From positions 891-64,890 of the forward strand of contig CAZMZP010000050.1 in assembly GCA_964570935.1 (NCBI GenBank): a DNA stretch of 64,000 nucleotides. The letters run 5' to 3'. The notes beneath the pieces are model-generated. The model did no database searches, was not told the origin of the DNA, and saw only the letters and a list, made by a program, of their open reading frames with translations. This document shows positions 27,412-38,142 of this stretch, piece by piece (within the stretch, counting starts at the first letter, position 1; each line of letters opens with the position of its first letter). The position numbers and the translations under genes are program-made. Source of the DNA: an uncultured bacterium. Its GTDB lineage: Bacteria; Eisenbacteria; RBG-16-71-46; JAFGJU01.

Positions 27412-29169
27412 TCAGGCCCTGTCTCCGGCCTGGGCCGAGGCGTATTCCAACATCTCCCTGGCCTGCCTGAGCGTCACCTGAGAGGCATTGTCTCCTGCCA
27501 GCATGCGGGCAAGCTCCTCCACTCTGTCCTTCTTGCCCAGAGCCCTGGCAGTGCCGAACGTCCTTCCCGCGTCCACTTCCTTGGACACGAAGAAATGAAC
27601 GTCACCCAGTGACGCTATCATGGGTATGTGTGTAATGCATATTATCTGTTTTGCGGCTGAGAGCGCCTTCAATTTTTCGCCCACCACCCTGGCCACTTTT
27701 CCGCCGATGCCGGCGTCCACTTCGTCGAACACCATCAGCTCCACGTCGTCAGCCTTGACCAGCACCGTTTTCAAGGCCAGCATTATCCGGGACACCTCTC
27801 CGCCGGAGGCGATTCGCACCAGCGGCCGCAGTTCCTCTCCCACGTTGGGCGAAATCAGGAACTCCACGTCGCCGGCGCCCCTCGAGGTCACTTTGACGTT
27901 CTTCCCCTCGATTTGGACGTCGCCGGTGTCGTCCCGTTCCAGTTCAATCCGGACCACAAACTGCGTGCCTTTCATGCCCAACCCGGCCAGCTCCTTCCGG
28001 ACGTCCCTTTCCAACCTGGCGGCGGACGTCCTCCTTTTCTCCAGCAGGCTCACCGAAAGCCTCTCCAGCTCACGGGCGTCGCGCGCTATGTCCGCCTCCA
28101 GCGCCTCCGTGGTCTCGGATCCCGAGTCCAGTGCGGAAAGCCGGGCGCGCAAGCTCTCTCCCTCCCTGAGCACGTCGGCCACACCGCCGTTGTGTTTCTT
28201 CCTGAGCCTCCCTATCAACGAGAGTCTCGTCTCCACCTCGTCCAGCCTGCCGGGCGAGAACTCCAGCGAGCGCAGGTACTGAGCCAAAGCCCGCCCCGCC
28301 TCGGCAACGACGATCTCCGCGTCTGCCAGCTCCGATACCAGCTCCGACAGCTTCGGGTCTATCTCGGAGGCGGCCCTTATCGCCCTCGTCGCTCTGGAAA
28401 GCCTGCCGGCGCACGAGAGCTCGTCTTCGCACAGGAGGTCGCCGGCCTCCTTCACGTTCGAGGAGAGTTTCTCGAAGTTCTGCAGCACCTTCCTCTCCTC
28501 CTCCAGCTTCTCCTCCTCACCCTCCGTCAGTCTTGCGGCGTCTATCTCCGCCAGCTGGAACCTCATGTAGTCCGCCTGCGACTCGGCCTCCCGCGTCTGC
28601 GCCAGGAAAGACTCCAGTCGTGACTTCGCCTCCCGGAGACGCACGCAACCCTCCCACACCTTCTGCCTCAGCTCTCTGTGCCCGCCGTAGGAGTCCAGGA
28701 ACTCAACGTGCGTGCTCCTGTCCAGAAGCGACTGGTGTTCGTGCTGGCCGTGGAAGTCGACCAGGAAATCCCCGACTCTCTTGAGAACGCTCACAGGAAC
28801 CGGCTCGCCGTTGATGTGCGCGCGAGTGCGTCCGTCCGCCGACACCTCGCGCTTCACCACGACCTCGCCGCCGGCGTCCCGCACGCCCGCGGCCTCCAGC
28901 ATGCGCGCGACCCCGCTCTTTCGGCCGGTCTCGAACACGCCGGTCACCGCGGCCGACTTTTCGCCGCTCCTCACCATCTCGCCGCCGGCCTTCTCGCCCA
29001 CGAGCATGCCTATGGCTCCGACGATGATCGACTTCCCAGCGCCAGTCTCGCCCGTGAGCACGTTCAGCCCCGGGCCGAACTCGAGCGACAGCTCCTTCAC
29101 GACTGCCAGTCCGCTTATAGTGAGCTCCCTCAGCACCGCTGGCGTTCCCCTAGCGCTTGGCCAGACCAC
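27412..29169 (-). CDS. recN: DNA repair protein RecN
   Basis: SMC-like; Walker A GETGAGKS near the N-terminus, long coiled coil, C-terminal ABC signature region; true start possibly GTG at about 29136. Confidence 0.9.
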   Translation of the reverse strand: MVWPSARGTPAVLRELTISGLAVVKELSLEFGPGLNVLTGETGAGKSIIVGAIGMLVGEKAGGEMVRSGEKSAAVTGVFETGRKSGVARMLEAAGVRDAGGEVVVKREVSADGRTRAHINGEPVPVSVLKRVGDFLVDFHGQHEHQSLLDRSTHVEFLDSYGGHRELRQKVWEGCVRLREAKSRLESFLAQTREAESQADYMRFQLAEIDAARLTEGEEEKLEEERKVLQNFEKLSSNVKEAGDLLCEDELSCAGRLSRATRAIRAASEIDPKLSELVSELADAEIVVAEAGRALAQYLRSLEFSPGRLDEVETRLSLIGRLRKKHNGGVADVLREGESLRARLSALDSGSETTEALEADIARDARELERLSVSLLEKRRTSAARLERDVRKELAGLGMKGTQFVVRIELERDDTGDVQIEGKNVKVTSRGAGDVEFLISPNVGEELRPLVRIASGGEVSRIMLALKTVLVKADDVELMVFDEVDAGIGGKVARVVGEKLKALSAAKQIICITHIPMIASLGDVHFFVSKEVDAGRTFGTARALGKKDRVEELARMLAGDNASQVTLRQAREMLEYASAQAGDRA

Positions 29170-30013
29170 CCCAGCCCAGCTTTGTCCTCAGTACCTCGTA
29201 GAAAGACTTCTTCCCCGAACAGACGAGCAGCGTCGTCTCCGGGGCCCGCCTGAACACTATTCTCTCGTCGTGGCTCAGCTCCCGGCCTTCCTGACCGTCT
29301 ATGGTCAGCGCCACGTCGGTCTTTCCTGACAGCACCTCCACGGTCAGCTCCTCGTCCTTCGAGAATATGAGCGGCCTCACCGCCAGCGTGTGCGGGCAGA
29401 TGGGAGTGGCGATGAGAGCCTGTATCGTGGGCTTTACGATAGGCCCTCCGGCCGACAGCGAGTACGCAGTCGAGCCCGTCGGCGTGGACACTATCAGGCC
29501 GTCGGCCAGGAAAGTCCCGACATACTGGCCGGAGATGCACAGGTCGAGCTGCATCGCTCTCGAAAATGCCGACTTGTTTATGACGGCGTCGTTCAGGCAC
29601 ACGTAGCGGGAGTTGACGGAGCCCGAGCTTCCCTCGACCACCGCCTCTATCATCATCCTCTCCTCCACCTGGCAGTCGCCTCTCTGCATCCGCTCCAGCG
29701 CCGGTATGACTTCGGCAGCGGACAACTCAGTCAGGAACCCGAGACCACCCAGGTTCACTCCCAGGACCGGAATCCGCAGCCGGCACGCGTGCCTCGCCAC
29801 CGAGAGAAGCGTTCCGTCCCCTCCCAGCGCCACGAGCAAGTCGCAGTCCGGCGGCAGGTCCGCCAGCCCGAAGCCCGTCCTGCCTTCCAGCGCGGCTATC
29901 TCCTTCTCGAACGACACCGCCACGCCCCGCTTCTCCAGCCACGCCGCTATCTCTCCGGCCACGAGGCCCGAATTCTCCTTGCGCACGTTCGCGACCAGAC
30001 CTACGTGTTTCAT
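29150..30013 (-). CDS. nadK: NAD kinase
   Basis: Start MKHVGLVAN at 30013 (ATGA overlap with the dxs stop); GGDGTLL and NLGGLGFLT motifs. Confidence 0.85.
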   Translation of the reverse strand: MKHVGLVANVRKENSGLVAGEIAAWLEKRGVAVSFEKEIAALEGRTGFGLADLPPDCDLLVALGGDGTLLSVARHACRLRIPVLGVNLGGLGFLTELSAAEVIPALERMQRGDCQVEERMMIEAVVEGSSGSVNSRYVCLNDAVINKSAFSRAMQLDLCISGQYVGTFLADGLIVSTPTGSTAYSLSAGGPIVKPTIQALIATPICPHTLAVRPLIFSKDEELTVEVLSGKTDVALTIDGQEGRELSHDERIVFRRAPETTLLVCSGKKSFYEVLRTKLGWGGLAKR

Positions 30014-31932
30014 GTGTCTCTTTCGGCCTCCAACCAGGTTGACACCGCGCCGGCTATGCCCTCGCCGGTCAGCCCGAGGCGCGCCAGCAGCGCCGGCCTG
30101 CCCGCGTGCTCGACGAAGGCGTCGGGTATCCCCAGCCGTTTCGCCTTTACGCAGGTGCGCTCCCGCTCCAGGCATTCAAGCACGCCCGAACCGAAACCGC
30201 CGGCCAGCGACCCCTCTTCAACAGTCACGATTCTACCGCATTCCTCCGCCGCGCGGCTGATGGCCGCCGCGTCCAGCGGCTTTGCGAATCTCGCGTTGAT
30301 GACGGTCGCCTCAACACCCCTCTCGGAAAGGAGACGCGCCGCCTCCATGCACGGGTTCACCATGGAACCGATCGCGCAGAGCGCCACGTCCTTGCCCCGC
30401 CGCAACACCTCCGCCCGGCCGACCGGAATCTCCGCTACGGCCGCCCGCGTGTCGCTGCCCGCCCCCTCCGACCGGGGGAACCGGATGGCCACCGGCCCGA
30501 CGCAGGACCTGACAGCTGTGTACAGCATGTCCCGCAGCTCCCGTTCGTCCTTGGGCGCCATGACCGTCAGACCCGGAATGGCCCTCAGGTAGACCAGGTC
30601 GAGGCAGCCGTGGTGCGTCGGCCCGTCCGGTCCGACGACGCCCGCACGGTCCACCACAAACAGAACTTTCAAGTTCTGCAGAGCCACGTCGTGCACCAGA
30701 TGGTCGAAACCCCTCTGGAGGAAAGTCGAATAGATGGCCACTACCGGCACAAGGCCTCTGGTCGCAAGGCCGGCCGCGAACGTGACCGCGTGCCCTTCCG
30801 CCATGCCCACGTCGAAGAACCGGCCGGGGAACTTCTCGGCGAACTGCGCCAAGCCCGTGTTGTCCTTCATCGCGGCCGTGACGGCGACCACGTTGTCGAA
30901 CCGGGTGCCGATTTCCACCATCGAGCTGCCGAACACGTCCGTGTATGTCGGGAACGCGGACTTCCTCTCCTCCGTCCCCGTGACCTTGTCGAAGGCGCCT
31001 ATTCCGTGGAACTGGCAGGCGTTCTGTTCGGCGAACCGGTAGCCCTTGCCCTTCGTCGTGAGCGTGTGGAGTATTACAGGCACTCGCACTTCCTTCAGCT
31101 GCCTCAGGACCGAGACCAGGTCCGGCAGCGCGTGGCCGTCTATCGGACCGTAGTACTTGAACCCCAGTTCCTCGAAAATGGTGCCCGGAACGATGAGACC
31201 CTTTACACTCTCGGTCACTCTGCCTGCCAGGTACCTCGCGTGGCGGCCCAAGTAAGGAATACGACCCAGAAACTCCCAGAGATTGGCCTCGAACTTCCGG
31301 TAAGTCGGCGCGGTTATCAGTCGGGTCATGTACTTTGCCAGCGCTCCCACGTTGTGGGAGATGGACATCTTGTTATCGTTGATTATGACTATCAGGCGCT
31401 TGCCCAGACCGCCGGCCTGGTTGAGCCCCTCGAACGACAGCCCGCCGGTGAGAGCCCCGTCCCCTATCACGGCCACCACGTGGAAGTCCTGGCCCATGGC
31501 GTCCCTGGCGCAGCTCATGCCCAGCGCGGCGGAGATGGACGTGCTGCCGTGGCCGGTGCCGAAGGCGTCGTGCTCGCTCTCCGAGGGCCTAGGGAACCCG
31601 CTCAACCCGCCGTCCTGCCGGAGCGTCTGGAACCTGTCCCGCCTCCCGGTCAGGAGCTTGTGGGCGTAGGCCTGATGTCCAACGTCCCACACTATCCGGT
31701 CTCTCGGAGAGTCAAACACGTAGTGTATGGCAACGGCCAGCTCGACGGCCCCGAGGCTCGGGGCGAGGTGGCCGCCGGTGCACGAAACAACGGAGATGAT
31801 CTTCTCCCGTATCTCGGACGCGAGCTCGGTCAGCTCCGGAATTGTGAGACGCTTCAAGTCGTCCGGTCCGCCGACCCGGTCCAGAATCTTGCTCAACTGC
31901 CGTCCCTCCCCGTCACGCGCCCCGCGCCGCAC
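30010..31932 (-). CDS. dxs: 1-deoxy-D-xylulose-5-phosphate synthase
   Basis: 640 aa; TPP-binding and transketolase-like domains (GHQAYAHKLLTGRR, GDGALTGG). Confidence 0.9.
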   Translation of the reverse strand: MRRGARDGEGRQLSKILDRVGGPDDLKRLTIPELTELASEIREKIISVVSCTGGHLAPSLGAVELAVAIHYVFDSPRDRIVWDVGHQAYAHKLLTGRRDRFQTLRQDGGLSGFPRPSESEHDAFGTGHGSTSISAALGMSCARDAMGQDFHVVAVIGDGALTGGLSFEGLNQAGGLGKRLIVIINDNKMSISHNVGALAKYMTRLITAPTYRKFEANLWEFLGRIPYLGRHARYLAGRVTESVKGLIVPGTIFEELGFKYYGPIDGHALPDLVSVLRQLKEVRVPVILHTLTTKGKGYRFAEQNACQFHGIGAFDKVTGTEERKSAFPTYTDVFGSSMVEIGTRFDNVVAVTAAMKDNTGLAQFAEKFPGRFFDVGMAEGHAVTFAAGLATRGLVPVVAIYSTFLQRGFDHLVHDVALQNLKVLFVVDRAGVVGPDGPTHHGCLDLVYLRAIPGLTVMAPKDERELRDMLYTAVRSCVGPVAIRFPRSEGAGSDTRAAVAEIPVGRAEVLRRGKDVALCAIGSMVNPCMEAARLLSERGVEATVINARFAKPLDAAAISRAAEECGRIVTVEEGSLAGGFGSGVLECLERERTCVKAKRLGIPDAFVEHAGRPALLARLGLTGEGIAGAVSTWLEAERDT

Positions 31933-31941
31933 CCAGCCGCA

Positions 31942-32376
31942 TCAAAACCACGCAAGCGCGTACAGTATGCCTATGGCGGCGCCCACGAACACCTCGAACG
32001 GAGTGTGGCCCAGAAGCTCCAGCAGCTTCTCCTCCCTGGCCTTCTTCAGATGTTCGTGAACGAGCCGGTTCAGGATGGTGGCCTGCCTGCCCGCCGCGCG
32101 CCTCAGACCTGCCGCGTCGAACATCACGATGAAGCTGAAAAAGGCGGTCACCTGAAAAATCAGCGAACCGTAACCCTGCACGTTGCCAACGGCCGTCGAA
32201 AGCGCGCACACCGCCGCCGAGTGGGAGCTCGGCATCCCGCCGGTCTGGACGAATCTCTTGAAATTGAGATCCTTCTCCTTGAGCCAGAAGGCCACGCCCT
32301 TGACGACCTGCACGAGAAGCCCGCAGCTGCACGCCACCAGGACCGGGCTGTCTTGCATCATCTCGCTCACATTCAT
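31942..32376 (-). CDS. divergent PAP2 family protein (DUF212)
   Basis: 144 aa membrane protein with GGMPSSHSA phosphatase-like motif. Confidence 0.75.
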   Translation of the reverse strand: MNVSEMMQDSPVLVACSCGLLVQVVKGVAFWLKEKDLNFKRFVQTGGMPSSHSAAVCALSTAVGNVQGYGSLIFQVTAFFSFIVMFDAAGLRRAAGRQATILNRLVHEHLKKAREEKLLELLGHTPFEVFVGAAIGILYALAWF

Positions 32377-33290
32377 CTGGTAACTCTCTCCTGCAGCACC
32401 GCCCGCCCCACCACGTAGTCGGCGAGCTCACAAAAATACACTCCGTGTCCGCCGAAATGGGCCGCTTCCAGTTTGGCCTCCTCTGCCAGGCCGCGCGCCT
32501 TTCTCAGAGACTCGGCCGGTCCCGCCACCAGGGGGTAGGTGGCCTTCGACCTCTCCGCGTCCCGGGCTCTCGTCTTTCCCAGCTCCCGCGCGCTGGCGCT
32601 CAAGTCCCTGATGTCGTCCACGATCTGGAACGCGAGACCCAGACGCTCGCCGTAGGCAGTCAGCGCCTTCATCCTGCGCGGTCCCGCCCCCGCCAGAAGC
32701 CCCCCCACCCTCAGAGAGCAGACTATCAGCGCTCCCGTCTTCCGCGTGTGGATGTAACGCACCGTGCTCAGCGGGACGCGCCTTCCTTCCGACTCGATGT
32801 CCACCACCTGGCCCCCGACCACGCCCCTGGTTCCGGCGGCTCGCGCGATCTCGTGGATCACAGCGGTAACCGCGGCCGGCGGCACCCTGCGCGAAACGCC
32901 CAGGGACGACACCAGCTCGAACGCCAGAGAAAGGAGAGCGTCTCCTGCCAGAAGCGCCACGGCCTCACCGAACTTCACGTGCACGGTCGGACGCCCCCTT
33001 CTCAGCTCGTCGTCGTCCATGCACGGCAGGTCGTCGTGGATCAGAGTGAAGTTGTGGATCAATTCTATCGCGGCGCCGGCGGGGTACACGTCTGCCCCGC
33101 GCCCGCCGCACGCCCTGTGCGCCAGGACACACAGCACCGGCCTTATCCTCTTGCCGTCCGACAGTACCGCATAACGCATGGCGCTGTGCACCGACGAGGG
33201 TCTCGTCCTCGCCGCGGGAAGCACGTCGCGCAGGACGGATTCGACCCGTCCCCTCTCGCGCCGCAAGAAACCATCGAGAAGAGAAGTCAC
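32373..33290 (-). CDS. ispA: polyprenyl (farnesyl/geranylgeranyl) diphosphate synthase
   Basis: GTG start at 33290 behind AGGAGA; FARM DDLPCMDDDELRRG and SARM FQIVDDIRD motifs; xseB-ispA-dxs synteny as in E. coli. Confidence 0.85.
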   Translation of the reverse strand: MTSLLDGFLRRERGRVESVLRDVLPAARTRPSSVHSAMRYAVLSDGKRIRPVLCVLAHRACGGRGADVYPAGAAIELIHNFTLIHDDLPCMDDDELRRGRPTVHVKFGEAVALLAGDALLSLAFELVSSLGVSRRVPPAAVTAVIHEIARAAGTRGVVGGQVVDIESEGRRVPLSTVRYIHTRKTGALIVCSLRVGGLLAGAGPRRMKALTAYGERLGLAFQIVDDIRDLSASARELGKTRARDAERSKATYPLVAGPAESLRKARGLAEEAKLEAAHFGGHGVYFCELADYVVGRAVLQERVTR

Positions 33291-33298
33291 TCTTTCTC

Positions 33299-33562
33299 CT
33301 ACCTCGCGGACGCGTCTTCGTCCGAGAAGGTGAGGGGTTCCAGCTTGAATCCCTCGCCGCCGGGCATCAGCTTCTGCAGTTTCGCCTCGGCCGCCTCCAG
33401 CAGTGACGTGCACTCCTGGATCAGCTTCGTGCCCTCCTCAAAATACGCGATCGAGTCCTCCAGCGAGAGGTTACCCCTCTCCAGGCCGTTGACCAGCTCT
33501 TCCAGCCGGGCAAGGGCCTGCTCGAAGGTCTTTCCGCCGGGCTTGTCACGCGAGTCTTTCAT
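33299..33562 (-). CDS. xseB: exodeoxyribonuclease VII small subunit
   Basis: 87 aa coiled-coil protein; adjacent to xseA. Confidence 0.8.
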   Translation of the reverse strand: MKDSRDKPGGKTFEQALARLEELVNGLERGNLSLEDSIAYFEEGTKLIQECTSLLEAAEAKLQKLMPGGEGFKLEPLTFSDEDASAR

Positions 33563-34781
33563 TCTCGGACACCCCCTCCACGCTGCAACGCAGCGAGCCG
33601 CGATAAAGCTCCACGCTGACCCTCTGCCGGACGAGAGTCGCGGAAGCCTCTCTCAACACGGCACCCGTGGCCTCGTGCCTGCAGACCGCGTAGCCCCTGC
33701 GAAGCACTTCGGCCGGGTCAAGCGCGCGAAGCCTCCCGGAGTACGATTCCACGAGCTGCTTCCTTTCGCTCAGTATCCTGGAGCTCGACGTATGGAGTCT
33801 CCTGGATACTTCGTCAATCCTCTGCGCCCGCTGTCTCACAATGTCCGGAGCCCGGGCGAACGCGTAACGGCTCCTGGTCCTCTCTATCTCCCGCCTGAAA
33901 CCCGATATCCTGTTCCTGACCGCGGCCGCCAGCCCCCTGGCCAGGGCCTGGACCTCTCTGGACACCTCTTGTCTGTCCCTGACCACCATCTGGGCCGCTC
34001 CGGACGGAGTCGGAGCCCTGACGTCGGCCACGAGGTCGGAAATCGTGAAGTCGATTTCGTGCCCGACCGCGGACACGACGGGGATGCGGGACCGGTGTAT
34101 GGCGCGCGCCACGGCCTCTTCGTTGAACGCCCACAGGTCCTCCAGTGAACCGCCTCCTCTGCCTACTATGAGCACGTCCACTTCCCCGAACTTGTTGAAC
34201 TCGTCTATGGCCTGGGCGACCTCCTGCGCCGCCCCTTCTCCCTGCACTTTCACCGGCCGCAGTATGATCTCCACGCACGGCTGTCTCTTGCGTATGATGC
34301 GCACTATGTCCCTGATGGCGGCGCCGGTGGGCGACGTCACGACGCCGACCCTCCCCGGAAACTGCGGGAGCGGCCTCTTCCGCGACTCATCGAACAGGCC
34401 CTCCCTGGACAGCTTTCTCTTCAGCTCCTCCAGCGCGAGCTGGAGCGAACCCAGCCCGGCCGGAAGCATCTCGAAGACGCACAACTGGTACTGCCCGCTT
34501 CTCTCGTAGACCGTTATCTCCCCGCGCGCCTCGACGGAAATTCCGTTTTCCACGGTGAACGAGAGCTTGCTGTTGGCCTGCCGGAACATCACGCACCTGA
34601 GCTGCGAGGCCTCGTCCTTCAGCGAGAAATACATGTGGCCCGACGTGTGCAGCGTAAAGTTCGAGACCTCGCCCTTGACCCACACCACCGGGATGCCGCC
34701 CTCGAGCACCTCTCTGACGAGACGCGTTATCTCTGAAACGGAGTACGGACCCGCGGGGAGTGGTTTACGCGAAGCTTCCAC
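33546..34781 (-). CDS. xseA: exodeoxyribonuclease VII large subunit
   Basis: 411 aa; OB-fold N-terminus and ExoVII catalytic region. Confidence 0.85.
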   Translation of the reverse strand: MEASRKPLPAGPYSVSEITRLVREVLEGGIPVVWVKGEVSNFTLHTSGHMYFSLKDEASQLRCVMFRQANSKLSFTVENGISVEARGEITVYERSGQYQLCVFEMLPAGLGSLQLALEELKRKLSREGLFDESRKRPLPQFPGRVGVVTSPTGAAIRDIVRIIRKRQPCVEIILRPVKVQGEGAAQEVAQAIDEFNKFGEVDVLIVGRGGGSLEDLWAFNEEAVARAIHRSRIPVVSAVGHEIDFTISDLVADVRAPTPSGAAQMVVRDRQEVSREVQALARGLAAAVRNRISGFRREIERTRSRYAFARAPDIVRQRAQRIDEVSRRLHTSSSRILSERKQLVESYSGRLRALDPAEVLRRGYAVCRHEATGAVLREASATLVRQRVSVELYRGSLRCSVEGVSENERLA

Positions 34782-35667
34782 GCTGACCTCCTGTCAAGGC
34801 CCTGCAGGCCTGAAGGGTGTTCTTGAGGAGCATCGCCACTGTCATGGGTCCCACACCGCCCGGGACTGGTGTGATGGCTGACGCCACTTCCCTCACCTCG
34901 TCGAACAGGACGTCACCCACCAGCCTCGTTCCGCTGGGAGAGGACTGATCCGGCACGCGGTTCGTGCCGACGTCGACCACCACGGCGCCCGGGGAGACCA
35001 TGGAACCCCTAACGAATCCGGCGCTCCCGATCGCGGCAACCAGTATGTCGGCCGACCTGGTTATGTCCGAGAGGTTGCGGGAAAACGAGTGGCAGAGGGT
35101 TACGGTCGCGTTCAGGCCCTTCCTCTTGAGGCTCAGGTAGTTGGCCAGCGGCTTCCCCACGATGTTGCTCCTGCCCAGCACGACAACGTGCGCGCCCTCC
35201 ACGTCCACCGCGTTCCTGGCCAACAGCTCGCAGATGCCGGCCGGCGTGGCCGGAAGGAAAACCGGCTCGCCCATCACCAGCCTGCCCACGTTCAACGGAT
35301 GAAACCCGTCCACGTCCTTGCGTGGGTCCATGAGTTCCAGGATCCGGAGCGGGTCCAGGCGGACGGGCAGAGGCAGCTGAACGATAACGCCATGTACATT
35401 AATGTCTTGAGCAATCTCTCTGAGGAGTGCCTTTAAGCTCTCTTCGCCCGTCTCTTGAGGCAGGGCGACGATGCTGGAGTGCATTCCGACCTCGTCCGAG
35501 GCCTTGGCCTTCGCCCTCATGTACACGACAGACCCCGGGTCCTCGCCGACCCGTATCATCGTGAGCGCCGGCCGCACCCCGCGTTCAGCCAGGCCCCGCA
35601 CCTGTTCCTTTATGTCATTCCTGATCTGTGCTGCTACTGGCTTGCCTTCCAGCAGTCTCGCGGTCAT
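34765..35667 (-). CDS. folD: bifunctional methylenetetrahydrofolate dehydrogenase / methenyl-THF cyclohydrolase
   Basis: 300 aa; FolD motifs (YMRAKAKASDEVG, GRSNIVGKP, PVPGGVGPMT). Confidence 0.9.
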   Translation of the reverse strand: MTARLLEGKPVAAQIRNDIKEQVRGLAERGVRPALTMIRVGEDPGSVVYMRAKAKASDEVGMHSSIVALPQETGEESLKALLREIAQDINVHGVIVQLPLPVRLDPLRILELMDPRKDVDGFHPLNVGRLVMGEPVFLPATPAGICELLARNAVDVEGAHVVVLGRSNIVGKPLANYLSLKRKGLNATVTLCHSFSRNLSDITRSADILVAAIGSAGFVRGSMVSPGAVVVDVGTNRVPDQSSPSGTRLVGDVLFDEVREVASAITPVPGGVGPMTVAMLLKNTLQACRALTGGQRGSFA

Positions 35668-35714
35668 TGTAGTGTCTCCAGTCCGAACCGCACCGCGGCC
35701 AGCCCGGCTTCCGG

Positions 35715-36536
35715 CTAGGAGGCGTTCCCGTCGGCCTCGTCCTCGGACCCGCGTCGGGCGTCCACCGGGACTGAGAGCCGCGTGATGGACTTGCAGACCC
35801 CGGTCGAAGGCTCGACGTCCAGAACGACTCCGTTCAGTCTCACGTCGTTCCTGGCCGGCGTGAACCTGACGGTCACCTGCGTCAGGAAGCGCTTTATCGC
35901 CGCCTCCTTCTCTATGCCAATCACCGAGTCGAAGCCGCCAGTCATCCCCGCGTCGGTGATGTAGCCGGTGCCGCCGGGCAGAACCCTTTCGTCCGCGGTC
36001 TGCACGTGAGTGTGAGTGCCCACAACGGCGCTAACACGCCCGTCCAGGTACCATCCCATCGCCACCTTCTCGCTGGTGGCCTCCGCGTGCATGTCCACTA
36101 GTATGATCTTGGTGCTGGCGCGCAGCTCTCCCACGGCCAGGTCCGCCCGTCTGAACGGACAGTCCACCTCTCGTATGAAAACCCGCCCTAACAGGTTCAG
36201 GACTCCGACGGCGTGTCCGTCGGCCGACAGAAAGACGCCCTGGCCCGAGCCAGGCACTGGAGGCGGGTAGTTGGCGGGCCTGAGGATCCTGGGTTCGTGC
36301 ACCACCAGGTCCATGGCCTCCTTCCTGTCCCAGAGGTGGTTTCCCGAGGTGATAACGTCCACACCCGCGGCGAAGATCTCCTCAGCGGTCCCGGGGGTGA
36401 GCCCGAACCCGGCCGCGGCGTTCTCACCGTTGGCCACGCAGAAGCTGTAACCCCATTCTTTCTTAAGGCTCGGCAGGATCCTGAGAGCGCCCCTTCCGGG
36501 CGAACCCACGATGTCGGAAATGAACAGAATTCTCAT
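35715..36536 (-). CDS. YmdB-like metallophosphoesterase (TIGR00282 family; 2',3'-cyclic nucleotide phosphodiesterase)
   Basis: 273 aa; MRILFIGDIVG, GNH, GTHTHV motifs; conserved position next to rny. Confidence 0.8.
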   Translation of the reverse strand: MRILFISDIVGSPGRGALRILPSLKKEWGYSFCVANGENAAAGFGLTPGTAEEIFAAGVDVITSGNHLWDRKEAMDLVVHEPRILRPANYPPPVPGSGQGVFLSADGHAVGVLNLLGRVFIREVDCPFRRADLAVGELRASTKIILVDMHAEATSEKVAMGWYLDGRVSAVVGTHTHVQTADERVLPGGTGYITDAGMTGGFDSVIGIEKEAAIKRFLTQVTVRFTPARNDVRLNGVVLDVEPSTGVCKSITRLSVPVDARRGSEDEADGNAS

Positions 36537-36573
36537 CGGAGCCTTCTACGGCGCCTCGACGCGGACTCGATCC

Positions 36574-38142
36574 CTACTTCGCGTAGTCAACCGCCCTCGT
36601 CTCACGGATGACGATTATCTTTATCTGTCCAGGGTATTCGAGCTCGCGCTCGATCTTTCTGGCTATGTCCGAGGCCAGCATCGACGCCTTCGCGTCGTCG
36701 ACCTCCTTGTGCTCCACCATGATCCGGATCTCGCGCCCGGCCTGGATGGCGTAGGATTTCACGACTCCCGGGAAGGAGTCGGCTATGTGTTCGAGTTTCT
36801 CCAGACGCTTGACGTAGGTCTCCAGCGTCTCCCTTCTCGCCCCCGGCCTGGCTCCGGACACGGCGTCGGCCGCCTGCACCAGCACCCCCATCAACGAATC
36901 CGGATTCGGGTCGTCGTGATGGCCGCCGACGGCCTCCACCACGATCGGCGCCTCGCCGTACTTGATGACTATCTCCCGGCCTATCTGAGCGTGAGTGCCT
37001 TCCACCTCGTGGTCAGCTGCCTTGCCTATGTCGTGCAGCAGGCCCGCCCTCTTGGCCACCGTGGCGTCCAGGCCCAGCTCGGACGCCATCACTGCGGCCA
37101 GGAATGCCACTTCCTTGCTGTGCTCCAGCACGTTCTGGCCGTAACTCGTGCGGTACCTCAGGCGCCCCAGGAGCCTGACCAGCTCCCCGTGGAGCCCGTG
37201 GATGCCGACTTCGAGACAGGTACGCTCGCCTGTCTCTCGTATCTGCTCGTCCATCTCCTTCTGGATCTTCGTCACCACTTCTTCGATCCTTCCAGGATGG
37301 ATGCGCCCGTCGTTGATGAGCTTCTCGAGCGAGAGTCTCGCGACCTCTCGCCGGATGGGGTCGAAGCCCGACAGGATCACCGCCTCCGGAGTGTCGTCGA
37401 TTATGACGTCGATGCCCGTGACGGTCTCGAAGGCCCTGATGTTCCGTCCTTCCCTGCCGATTATCCGCCCCTTCATCTCGTCGTTCGGCAGCGACACCAC
37501 GGACACAGTGGACTCGACCACGTGCTCCGCGGCGCACCTCTGGATGGCCAGCGTCAGGATCTTTCTCACTTCCTTGTCCGCTTCCTTGACCGCGTTCTCC
37601 TTTATCTCGCTCAGCAGGCGCGCTGCCTCGTGCCTGGCCTCGCCTTCAAGGTTGGACATCAGAAGCTGCTTCGCCTCTTCGGAGCTCAAGCCCGCGATCT
37701 TCTCCAGCCGCGAATTCTGCTCCCTGATCAGCTCGGCCAGCTCCCTGTTCCGCTCCTCTATGGCCTTTTCCTTGGCCAGGGTGTCCCGTTCCAGGCGCCT
37801 TACGTCTCGTTCCTTCCTCTCCAGCACGTCAGCGCGCCGGTTGAGACTGCCTTCCTTTTCGCCCAGGCGCCTCTCCAGCGCCTGGAGCTGCTGGCGCTGC
37901 GACTGGCTCTCTTTTTCAAAACTTGCCTTGGCCTTGTACCATTCGTCCTTGGCCTCCAGCACGGCGCTCTTCTTCCTGGTCTCCGCTTCCTTCTGCGCCT
38001 CGCGAACTATCTTCTCGGCCAGCTTCTCTGCGTTAAGGACCTTGGTCTCCGATACCTTCTTGTACGTGTACCAGCCGATGAAAAACGTGCCGATGGCGAC
38101 GAGCACGCCTAACACAATGAAGAACATCACGGCGAAGTTCAT
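36574..38142 (-). CDS. rny: ribonuclease Y
   Basis: 522 aa; N-terminal TM anchor, coiled coil, KH domain, HD domain (LLHDIGKA). Confidence 0.9.
   Translation of the reverse strand: MNFAVMFFIVLGVLVAIGTFFIGWYTYKKVSETKVLNAEKLAEKIVREAQKEAETRKKSAVLEAKDEWYKAKASFEKESQSQRQQLQALERRLGEKEGSLNRRADVLERKERDVRRLERDTLAKEKAIEERNRELAELIREQNSRLEKIAGLSSEEAKQLLMSNLEGEARHEAARLLSEIKENAVKEADKEVRKILTLAIQRCAAEHVVESTVSVVSLPNDEMKGRIIGREGRNIRAFETVTGIDVIIDDTPEAVILSGFDPIRREVARLSLEKLINDGRIHPGRIEEVVTKIQKEMDEQIRETGERTCLEVGIHGLHGELVRLLGRLRYRTSYGQNVLEHSKEVAFLAAVMASELGLDATVAKRAGLLHDIGKAADHEVEGTHAQIGREIVIKYGEAPIVVEAVGGHHDDPNPDSLMGVLVQAADAVSGARPGARRETLETYVKRLEKLEHIADSFPGVVKSYAIQAGREIRIMVEHKEVDDAKASMLASDIARKIERELEYPGQIKIIVIRETRAVDYAK

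Noticed and set aside
29137-29250. LexA/SOS box upstream of recN
   Set aside because: Only a partial GTTC-N4-GAAG match, which is not a palindrome and does not match any known LexA consensus.
30106-32418. 770-aa plus-strand ORF opposite dxs
   Set aside because: Antisense artefact; dxs on the minus strand is unambiguous.
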